Shown here: positions 56,514-64,000 of the stretch, piece by piece | Layout: each line of letters opens with the position of its first letter | How positions within the stretch are numbered: the stretch's first letter is position 1 | Origin: Anaerolineae bacterium | GTDB lineage: Bacteria > Chloroflexota > Anaerolineae > Aggregatilineales > Phototrophicaceae | Direction: 5' to 3' | Assembly: GCA_022820665.1 (NCBI GenBank) | Contig: JAJEFB010000004.1 | Location: 60,870 to 124,869, forward strand | DNA: 64,000 nucleotides | Translations under genes and position numbers: made by a program | Notes under the pieces: generated by a model | Seen by the model: the letters and a program-made list of their open reading frames with translations, nothing else | What the model was told of the DNA's origin: nothing | Databases searched by the model: none

Positions 56514-57695
56514 CTAGGCGCCCGCTCCCAAATAATCGGCGATTAGCGCCGACATCATGCCTACGCTGAGGGGGAGCGCGTCTTCGTCAAAGTCGAAGCG
56601 CGGATGATGATGAGGAAAGTCAAGCTCACGTTCGTGATTTGCGGAACCCACGAGCAGATAGGCGCTGGGATTGCGCTGCATGAACAAGCCAACGTCTTCA
56701 GAGGCCATCCAGGGCTGCCGCACCACGTCAACAGGTTTCCCCAAGCCGGAAAACACCGAGCGCGCATGCGCGGCCACCTCAGCATCGTTTACGATCGCGC
56801 CGATCCCAAGGCCGAAGTTGACATCGGCTCGGCAGCCCATTCCCTGCGCCACCCCGGTGGCAATATCGTGGATGCGCGACTTGATCGTAGCGCGCGTCTC
56901 TTCGCGGAAAAGACGGAAGGAGCCGCTAAAGCTCACCGTCTGCGGGATGATGTTGCGGGCGCTGCCGCCGCGCAATTCTCCTATCGTCAAGACAACTGTG
57001 TCCAAAGGGTCGATGTTGCGGCTGACAATCGACTGAAGCGCGACGATGATCTGGGCGCTGCACACGATGGGATCTGCCGTTTGATGGGGCATTGCGCCGT
57101 GACCGCCCTTTCCGGCAACTGTTATTTCGAAGACCCCGGCGCCCGACATCGCGGGACCGTCGACTACGCTCACCGTACCAACCTCCAGATCGTTCCAGAG
57201 GTGAATGCCCAAAGTGAGATCCGGCGCCGGCGCTTCCAGGGCGCCGTCGTCAATCATGGAACTCGCGCCGCTGCCAACTTCTTCAGCCGGCTGAAAGACA
57301 AACTTGACTCTGCCGCCCAGTTGCTCGCGGTGAGTGGTCAAGAGTTTGGCGATGCCCAGCGCTATCGCGGTATGTCCGTCGTGCCCGCAGGCATGCATTA
57401 CCCCCGCCGCTTGCGAAACATATTCAGCCTGGTTTTCTTCCTGGATCGGCAAGGCGTCCATATCGGCGCGGTACAAGATTGTGGGTCCATCGTTCGCGCC
57501 TTCCAATATGCCAATCACGCCGGTTTTGCCCACGCCGGTTTGCACTTCCAAGCCCAGCTTATTGAGTTCATCAGCCACAATGCCGGCGGTACGATGTTCC
57601 TGATAAGCCAGCTCCGGATGGCGGTGAAAGTCGCGGCGCCGGTCTATCAACTCGTCGCGCAGGTTTTCAGCCTCTGCCATGTAATCAATTGCCAT
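56514..57695 (-). CDS. M20-family amidohydrolase (N-acyl-amino-acid amidohydrolase/hippuricase type)
   Basis: FHRHPELAYQEHRTAGIV..., HACGHDGH. Confidence 0.85.
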   Translation of the reverse strand: MAIDYMAEAENLRDELIDRRRDFHRHPELAYQEHRTAGIVADELNKLGLEVQTGVGKTGVIGILEGANDGPTILYRADMDALPIQEENQAEYVSQAAGVMHACGHDGHTAIALGIAKLLTTHREQLGGRVKFVFQPAEEVGSGASSMIDDGALEAPAPDLTLGIHLWNDLEVGTVSVVDGPAMSGAGVFEITVAGKGGHGAMPHQTADPIVCSAQIIVALQSIVSRNIDPLDTVVLTIGELRGGSARNIIPQTVSFSGSFRLFREETRATIKSRIHDIATGVAQGMGCRADVNFGLGIGAIVNDAEVAAHARSVFSGLGKPVDVVRQPWMASEDVGLFMQRNPSAYLLVGSANHERELDFPHHHPRFDFDEDALPLSVGMMSALIADYLGAGA

Positions 57696-57701
57696 GTTTC
57701 C

Positions 57702-58424
57702 TTATCCTAGGGTTATGACGCGAAATCTTTCGATATGGCGCGGGTATTCGGGCGGAGAATTGGGATCCAGCGTACCCTCGCGTATGCGCTGCGCCATTTT
57801 TTCCATATCCGAAATCTGACTCTTGTGTGAATAGAGCGAGCGGATCTTGGTCTCTACCGCATCGGAGACATCGACTGTCAGCGTTGGCTCGGCCGCGCCG
57901 GCAATGTAAACGGTCGGCACTTTATGCGTGGCCAAGCCCTCGTCGCGCTCTTGTTCCAGAAAATTGAGACGGTCCCGCGCTGTCGGGAAGACCGCCTCCA
58001 GAGTCGCCGCGCCTATCGCGCGATGGTCGGGGTGGTTAATGCCCCGCGTGCCACGCCAGAATACCGTAGGATCGAGTGTAACGACGATGTCAGGCTTGGT
58101 CAGGCGTATCACCCGCGTGATATCGCGCCGAAGCTCCAGCGTCGGGAACAATTCCCCGTCCCGGTAGCGCAGGAAGATAACTTCCTTGACGCCAAGCACA
58201 GCGGCGGCTTCGCGCTCCTCCTGCTCGCGAATCTTTGACAGGCGCGCGCCGGTCATATCGGGATCGGCGCTGCCCTTGTCCCCACTGGTAGCGACAAGAA
58301 AGGTGATCTCGGCGCCGTCGGCCGCCCATTTGGCGAAGGTTGCGCCAGCAAAGAACTCCGGATCGTCGGGATGCGCGAAAACGCCAAGTATCCGTTTTGC
58401 GCGTCCCTTTTCGTTATCGGTCAT
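57702..58424 (-). CDS. PIG-L/LmbE-family N-acetylglucosaminyl deacetylase
   Basis: ILGVFAHPDDPEFFAG motif. Start set at ATG 58424 (MTDNEKGRAK...). This removes the 164-nt overlap that the track ORF has with the PSP1 gene. Confidence 0.8.
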   Translation of the reverse strand: MTDNEKGRAKRILGVFAHPDDPEFFAGATFAKWAADGAEITFLVATSGDKGSADPDMTGARLSKIREQEEREAAAVLGVKEVIFLRYRDGELFPTLELRRDITRVIRLTKPDIVVTLDPTVFWRGTRGINHPDHRAIGAATLEAVFPTARDRLNFLEQERDEGLATHKVPTVYIAGAAEPTLTVDVSDAVETKIRSLYSHKSQISDMEKMAQRIREGTLDPNSPPEYPRHIERFRVITLG

Positions 58425-58446
58425 ATTGGCATTCCGCAGGTCAGAT

Positions 58447-59565
58447 TCAATCGCGGCTATTTGGCCGCTTGGCGGAGGGATCTTCACGCCGACGGGATCG
58501 ACGACGTCCTCGACGCCGCCTGGGACTCTTGCCCGGCTCCGCCGACTTGTCGCGGGATCGACGCGGCCGGCGCTCCGACTTGCCCTCTTGTTCCGTTTTC
58601 GATGGCGCATCAGTCCGTTCGGATGGCGCGCGACGGGATGCGATCACATCCGCCTGACGCTTGCCAACCGGCATGCCACATTCGCAACTGCCGTCGCCGT
58701 GTTTGTCGCAGGGGGCATGCGCTTTCTCGGCCAATTTGCGAAATTCTTCCAGCGGAATGATTTCTTCTCGGGTGACGATTTTTCGTATGCCGTCTCCCAG
58801 GTCCACCATCACAGCGTCGCGCAAGGGAAGCTGATCAGTGACGCGGGCTTCGCCGTGCGGGGTGCCGACTCGCTTGTTGCGGCGCGGCAACTTGCGCCGA
58901 GCTTCCACGTATTGCTCGTACTCGTAAACTAGACAACAGCGCAGCCGTCCGCACATACCCGTGATTTCCGAGGGGTTCAAGGAAACGCCTTGCGCCTTGG
59001 CCATTTTGATCGATATCGGGCTGAAGTCGGTCAAGAAAGTGCTGCAACAGCGCGTCTCGCCACAGGCGCCGAAACCGCCCAAGAGCTTGGCGACATCACG
59101 GGGACCGATCTGCCGCATTTCGATTCGCGCGTCAAATTTGCGTTGAAGCCGTTTCTGCAAAACAGCCGTATCAATCTTTTGTTCGGCGCTAAACAGAAAG
59201 GTGATTACGCTTCCGTCATAGTTGTATTGCGCGGCAACAAACTTGACGCCGGCAAGACGCCGCAAGTTGGCGGCGGTATCTTTACAGGTATCGAGAGCCT
59301 CCGCCTCTTTTGATTCCCAATGCTGTCGTAATACCAGGTCGCGGGCAGTGGCTTGACGCAGGATCTGCCGTACCGGGCGATTGGAATCGGGCGCGGTAAA
59401 GCCCATAACCTGGCCCATCTGCCGGCCGCGCAAGGTATCGACAATGACAAAGTCGCCCGTCTTCAACTCGGGATGTGTTGAATAATCAAAATGATAGAGC
59501 TTGCCGATCTTTTGAAACCGCACACCCGCTACGAGTCTCGATTCTTCAGCATGAACCGTAGCCAT
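58447..59565 (-). CDS. PSP1 domain protein (YaaT/RicT-like) with a Cys-rich, strongly basic C-terminal tail
   Basis: KLYHFDYSTHPELKTGDFVIVDT...GRLRCCLVYEYE. The tail is PCDKHGDGSCECG...RRRRGRRRSRRRED. Start set at ATG 59565 (MATVHAEES). Confidence 0.85.
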   Translation of the reverse strand: MATVHAEESRLVAGVRFQKIGKLYHFDYSTHPELKTGDFVIVDTLRGRQMGQVMGFTAPDSNRPVRQILRQATARDLVLRQHWESKEAEALDTCKDTAANLRRLAGVKFVAAQYNYDGSVITFLFSAEQKIDTAVLQKRLQRKFDARIEMRQIGPRDVAKLLGGFGACGETRCCSTFLTDFSPISIKMAKAQGVSLNPSEITGMCGRLRCCLVYEYEQYVEARRKLPRRNKRVGTPHGEARVTDQLPLRDAVMVDLGDGIRKIVTREEIIPLEEFRKLAEKAHAPCDKHGDGSCECGMPVGKRQADVIASRRAPSERTDAPSKTEQEGKSERRPRRSRDKSAEPGKSPRRRRGRRRSRRREDPSAKRPNSRD

Positions 59566-59833
59566 ACAGATTCGCCTTCCGCTAGGACCGGAGGATCGTC
59601 CCGGCAAATCGCCGAACATCCGGCTTTCGCGCTAAAAGATACGGGTACTCGAACGTTTTGCACTTTACTTGAAAACCGCTGCAAACGCAATATCGACAAG
59701 TCTAAATTCGCTGGCGTCGACTGTTGCCGCTTAAGAAAAATTGCTAGAATATCTGCAGCGATGGTCATCTTTCTTTCGACGAAGCGGACATGATTTGATT
59801 CCAGCGCATTGAGTTGCGGCGAACGAGGATTGC

Positions 59834-61243
59834 ATGGCACTCTTAACCATGAAATTCGGCGGGGGCTCGCTGGGGACGGCAAAGGCGCTCGTCCAGGTAT
59901 TGGCTATCATCATCGACGAGTCCAAACGCTGGGAGCGCATTTTGATCGTGGCGTCGGCGCTGGAGGGCGTGACGGACATGCTGCTCGAGGCTGCGCTGCA
60001 CGCCAGAGTCGGCGACCAGAGGGGATATCGCCGCATCGCCGCCACTTTGCGCACGCGACACATGGCTTTGGTCGATCAACTGCCCTTCGATACCTCCGAT
60101 CGTAACGCGCTCAAAGCGGACATCGACCAGTTGCTTTCCGACATGCTTGATCAATGTCAGAAAGTAGCCAAGAATCTCAATGACGAGTTGCTGCCCAGTA
60201 TGAGCGATGCCGTGGTCGCGGTAGGCGAACGCCTGTCAGCGCGGATCATCGCCGCTTTGCTGCGCCAGAATGATATTCGCGGCGTCACCGTCGATGGCAC
60301 CGAATTGATCGTCACGGACGACGTGCATGGCAATGCGAATCCGATCTTGCAACGCAGCGCCGAGAACGTCAAGGACCTGCTGCTGCCCATGCTTGAACGC
60401 GAGATCATGCCGGTGGTGACCGGGTACATCGGCGCGACTGAAGCGGGAGAAACCACAACGCTCGGTCGCGGCGGAACGGATTTCACCGCTTCTGTGCTGA
60501 GCGCGCTGCTGGGGGCGGAGGCGCTGTGGATCTGGACCGATGTCGACGGCATGATGTCTGCCGACCCGCGCGAAATCTCCAACGCGCGCGTGATTCCCGC
60601 GCTAGATTATAACGAGGCGGCAGAGCTTGCCTATTTTGGCGCCAAGATACTTCATGCCAAAATGATCGCGCCCCTTGCCAAAGGCGCGATTCCTTTGCGC
60701 ATCAAGAATATCTACCGACCGCAGAAGACAGGTACGGCAATCTCGCATAGCGCCGACAACGGGCAGCCGGTCATAAAAGCCGTCACTTCCATCCAGGGCT
60801 TGGCTTTGACGCGGCCCACAAGCGGTTCGATGGCGGGCATCACGCGACTGGTGGGCAATACGCTCTTCAAAACTCTGGGCATGCGCACTGAAGTGATGAT
60901 CGCCTCGCAATCCTCCAGCAGCAGCTTTCTGGTCCTGGTGATTCCAACCAGCATCGGCATTGATGGCGTGGATCGGCTGCAACGGGCGCTGCGGGGGAAG
61001 ATGGCGGAGCACCCGGAAAAGACGCCCTGGGAGATCGAAACAATCGCTCTGGTCACCGCCATCGGCAACAACATCAGTTCCTCGCCCGGGCTGCTGGCGA
61101 CAGCTTTGGCAAAACTGGACGATATTCCCGTCTTGGGGCTGGCGGTAGGTCCCTCAAATTGCAGCATCACCGTGGCGGTATCGCAAACGCATTCGCGCGC
61201 GGCGCTTGCCCGAATTCACGAACTGATCGTCAAAAACGGCTAA
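59834..61243 (+). CDS. Aspartate kinase
   Basis: LTMKFGGGSLG N-terminal kinase motif, 469 aa, ACT-like C-terminus. GAGGA upstream. Confidence 0.9.
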   Translation: MALLTMKFGGGSLGTAKALVQVLAIIIDESKRWERILIVASALEGVTDMLLEAALHARVGDQRGYRRIAATLRTRHMALVDQLPFDTSDRNALKADIDQLLSDMLDQCQKVAKNLNDELLPSMSDAVVAVGERLSARIIAALLRQNDIRGVTVDGTELIVTDDVHGNANPILQRSAENVKDLLLPMLEREIMPVVTGYIGATEAGETTTLGRGGTDFTASVLSALLGAEALWIWTDVDGMMSADPREISNARVIPALDYNEAAELAYFGAKILHAKMIAPLAKGAIPLRIKNIYRPQKTGTAISHSADNGQPVIKAVTSIQGLALTRPTSGSMAGITRLVGNTLFKTLGMRTEVMIASQSSSSSFLVLVIPTSIGIDGVDRLQRALRGKMAEHPEKTPWEIETIALVTAIGNNISSSPGLLATALAKLDDIPVLGLAVGPSNCSITVAVSQTHSRAALARIHELIVKNG

Positions 61244-62564
61244 GATAGCGCTCGAGTTCCCAAGATGTGACTTGCCTGTTGTACTCGGCGCACTCGTGGC
61301 GTTTGGCGGCAATGTAGCGGTCACTGACATAAGGTCCAAGCGCGGAAAGAATTACTTCGTCTTCGCTAAGGGCGTCAAGCGCTTCGTCAAGGGACTGCGG
61401 AAGCACCTCAATATGACGCATGCGACCGCTGGTGCGGCGCATAAGCGTCTCTTCCAGCGGTTCCGGCAGCGGCATCTTGTGCCTGATGCCATCGAGCCCG
61501 GCTTGCAACATGACTGCCATCGCCAGATAAGGATTGGCGGTCGGGTCGGGACAGCGCAATTCCAGACGCGTATGATATTCCTTGCCCGGAACGGTGCTTG
61601 GCACGCGGATCAAGGCATTGCGATTCACATGCGCCCAGGTGACGTCTACCGGCGCTTCGAAGCTGGTGCCCAGTCGCTTGTAGGAATTGACCAGCGGCGC
61701 CAATACCGCGCACATGGCGCGGGCATGTTCCAACTGTCCCGCCAGGAAGAACTTGGCAACCTCCGACAAACCATATTCGCCTTCTTTGTCCGCGAAGAGG
61801 TTTACGCCGGTCGCGACATCGTGAAGGCTTTGATGGGTATGCATGCCCGACCCCGGAAAGTCGGCATGAGGGCGCGGCATGAAGGTACAGTAATAATCGC
61901 CTTCTCTGGCAATAGTCTTCAGCGCTATGCGCGCGGTCAAAACATTGTCCGCGGATCGCAACGCGTCGTCGTACTGAAAATCGATTTCATGTTGCCCCGT
62001 GCCCGTCTCCGAATGGGTCGAATCCACACGAATGCCGATCTTGTCCAAGGCCGCAAGCATGGACCTTCCGATTGATTGAATCGGGTCGTCGGTCAAGTCG
62101 AAATACCCGGCAATATCATGATTCGCGACAATCTGCGGCTGGCCTTTCTCGTCAAAAGGAAAGAGAAAATACTCCAGTTCCATGCCGATCTTGAAGAGAA
62201 AGCCCATTCCCCGGGCTTGTTCAAGCACCTTGGATAAGAGATTGCGCGGATCGCCGATAAAGGGATCGCCGTTCTGCGTACAAATTGAGCAGATCAGTCG
62301 CGCGGTTTTGTCCTCGCCATCCGTCCAGGGCAATACAATGAAGCTTGACAAGTCCGGCATCAAGATCATGTCGCTTTCCGCGACTCGAGCGAAACCTTCA
62401 ATAGCGGAGCCATCAAAATGTGATCCATTTTCGAGCACATTCTCCAGTTCCACAGCCGGGATCATGATGCTCTTGACCAAGCCTGTGATATCGGTGAACC
62501 AGAGCGCGACAAACCGGACCCGTTCTTCCTGAACGGTCTGCAAGACTTCAGTTGCCATGAACAT
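61230..62564 (-). CDS. glnA: Glutamine synthetase type I
   Basis: VRFVALWFTDITG, HFDGSAIEGF, typical GS-I length. The start is ambiguous (TTG 62594, ATG 62564 or ATG 62558). Confidence 0.9.
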   Translation of the reverse strand: MFMATEVLQTVQEERVRFVALWFTDITGLVKSIMIPAVELENVLENGSHFDGSAIEGFARVAESDMILMPDLSSFIVLPWTDGEDKTARLICSICTQNGDPFIGDPRNLLSKVLEQARGMGFLFKIGMELEYFLFPFDEKGQPQIVANHDIAGYFDLTDDPIQSIGRSMLAALDKIGIRVDSTHSETGTGQHEIDFQYDDALRSADNVLTARIALKTIAREGDYYCTFMPRPHADFPGSGMHTHQSLHDVATGVNLFADKEGEYGLSEVAKFFLAGQLEHARAMCAVLAPLVNSYKRLGTSFEAPVDVTWAHVNRNALIRVPSTVPGKEYHTRLELRCPDPTANPYLAMAVMLQAGLDGIRHKMPLPEPLEETLMRRTSGRMRHIEVLPQSLDEALDALSEDEVILSALGPYVSDRYIAAKRHECAEYNRQVTSWELERYLSRF

Positions 62565-62677
62565 ATGCCACCCTGTCTGATTTTCCAGCGCCAAGTCAAG
62601 TATACGCGGCGGGGGCGCGCCTAGAATACTGACGAGATAGACAAATTTAGGCGCCGGTATTCATTTTCTTTCACCAG

Positions 62678-63127
62678 TTAGCCAGCCACAAGATCCCATT
62701 GACGGAGCAGGGCATCCACCGCCAAGACATAGCTGCGCCAGCCAAAACCGGCAATATGGCCCAGGCATACGCCCGACAAAACCGACTTGTGTCGAAAGGG
62801 TTCCCGTCCATGAATATTGGAAATATGGACTTCGATCACAGGCAAAGCGATCGCGGCAATGGCGTCGCGCAATGCGATTGATGTATGCGTATAAGCGCCC
62901 GGATTAAAGACAACGCCGTCCGCCCAGCCGCGCGCCTCATGCAAACGATCGATCAAATCGCCTTCGTGATTCGACTGTGCGACGCGCAACTCAATCTCAA
63001 AAGGCTTCACATGCTGCCGGAGCGCGCTATTGATTTCCTCCAGCGTCATACTGCCATAGATCTCCGGCTGCCGCGTACCCAGCAGGTTCAAATTGGGACC
63101 GTGCAAGATCAGAATCCCTTTTGACAT
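62678..63127 (-). CDS. aroQ: Type II 3-dehydroquinate dehydratase
   Basis: [21 protein letters not shown]...[18 protein letters not shown]. Confidence 0.95.
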   Translation of the reverse strand: MSKGILILHGPNLNLLGTRQPEIYGSMTLEEINSALRQHVKPFEIELRVAQSNHEGDLIDRLHEARGWADGVVFNPGAYTHTSIALRDAIAAIALPVIEVHISNIHGREPFRHKSVLSGVCLGHIAGFGWRSYVLAVDALLRQWDLVAG

Positions 63128-63145
63128 GTTCTAATTCGTCCTTCG

Positions 63146-64000
63146 TTACAAGACCGCCAAGATTTCTTCTTTGGGCAATCCCTCAACCACTGTAGCTTCT
63201 CCTAAAGCCTTCAACAGGACAAAGCGTGACTTGCCCGCCCCCCACTTTTTGTCGGTAGACATGGCCGCGTACCATGCTTCGGGCTCCAATTCAATATCCA
63301 CTGGTAAGCCAATTCGTTCAAATGTAGATATGACTTTCTCTAGCAATTGCGCGTCAATCAAGCCGCAATTGCGCGACAGGCGCGCCGCTTTGCAAATCCC
63401 AATGGCGACAGCTTCGCCATGCGGGACGCTGTATTGCGTTACTTTTTCGATGGCGTGCCCGAAAGTATGTCCCAAATTGAGATGGGCGCGGATGCCATGT
63501 TCGTAGGGGTCTTCTTCGACCACTTCGACTTTCACCTGGATCGCCTGCCGCAGCAGGTTGACCAGATTTGCCTTCTCCCAGTTTTCGGGATCCAGCAGCC
63601 GGGGCCGGGCAATCAAGCCGTGTTTGATCACTTCCGCCATGCCGCATCGCCATTGCAGCGGCGGCAGGCTCTCCAAAACGCCCGTATCGACCAAGACCGC
63701 ATCGGGCTGTTTGAAGGCGCCGATCAAGTTTTTGCCCTGCGGCAGGTCGACGCCGACCTTGCCGCCCACACTTGAATCCACCATGGCAAGCAAGGTAGTC
63801 GGCGCTTGGATCAATCGGATCCCGCGCATATAGGTCGCGGCGACAAAACCAGCCATATCGCCCAGAACGCCGCCGCCGAGCGCAAGCAGAGTCGTGTTGC
63901 GGTCGGCGCCAAGCGCGAGCATCTCATCATAGATCGAAGACACTGTCTCCAGGTTCTTGTAGGCTTCCCCGTCCCTGACAGCTATGATGTCGGCGCGCGG
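63146..64000 (-). CDS. aroB: 3-dehydroquinate synthase, 5-prime end outside the window
   Basis: ALGGGVLGDMAGFVAATYMRGI, HLNLGHTFGHAIE. The frame stays open upstream of the track's GTG to the window edge (...RDGEAYKNLETVSSIYDEML). Confidence 0.9.
   Translation of the reverse strand, partial: PRADIIAVRDGEAYKNLETVSSIYDEMLALGADRNTTLLALGGGVLGDMAGFVAATYMRGIRLIQAPTTLLAMVDSSVGGKVGVDLPQGKNLIGAFKQPDAVLVDTGVLESLPPLQWRCGMAEVIKHGLIARPRLLDPENWEKANLVNLLRQAIQVKVEVVEEDPYEHGIRAHLNLGHTFGHAIEKVTQYSVPHGEAVAIGICKAARLSRNCGLIDAQLLEKVISTFERIGLPVDIELEPEAWYAAMSTDKKWGAGKSRFVLLKALGEATVVEGLPKEEILAVL

Noticed and set aside
59620-59833. Possible lysine riboswitch or T-box leader upstream of aspartate kinase. I also looked for a glnA leader RNA at 62595-62677.
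   Set aside because: I could not recognise the conserved cores of these RNA classes by eye. Only a weak extended -10-like promoter (TTGCCG-15-TGCTAGAAT) is visible. This needs an Infernal/Rfam scan.

Overview
High-GC bacterial chromosomal segment with about 60 protein genes. I recognised no rRNA, tRNA or CRISPR array. All family calls come from reading motifs in the supplied translations; no database search was run.

Layout:
- (1) 1-11128: a nucleoside uptake/salvage cluster. It holds a BMP-type binding protein, a duplicated-cassette ATPase, two atypically extended permeases, an ADP-ribosylglycohydrolase (ARH), a PfkB kinase, YjbQ and two IUNH nucleoside hydrolases. A 447-bp insertion interrupts it just after the second permease.
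- (2) 11140-27800: an accessory region built around five SnoaL/NTF2-like 'ester cyclase' genes. Four of them are fused double-domain proteins. They are tied to two paralogous CUT1-type sugar ABC transporters, a LacI regulator, and a class IV aminotransferase plus GntR module. The region is peppered with decay products: an ISAs1 transposase stub, an IS3 orfA stub, a SnoaL 3-prime remnant and a MITE-like inverted-repeat element.
- (3) 27865-50081: a two-armed, LacI-controlled, apparently cytoplasmic acidic/sulfated-glycan catabolic island. It encodes a Cys-type sulfatase, a PL22-like lyase, a BNR sialidase-fold protein and a 1037-aa PcRGLX-like protein. It also has two enolase-superfamily dehydratases, two DapA-like aldolases, two Gfo/Idh/MocA oxidoreductases and a Dpp-type importer without ATPase genes.
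- (4) 50831-53603: a tandem pair of N-terminally extended ARH paralogs. They are bracketed by a roughly 168-bp repeat module whose 17-bp hairpin keeps perfect pairing through three compensatory double substitutions.
- (5) 54533-64000: core metabolism (purA, M20 amidohydrolase, PIG-L deacetylase, PSP1, aspartate kinase, glnA, aroQ, aroB).

Intergenic DNA carries several families of short palindromic repeats, a flavour I associate with Chloroflexota-like genomes (tentative).

The best candidates for undescribed biology are the SnoaL-transporter system and the covarying hairpin module around the ARH pair.
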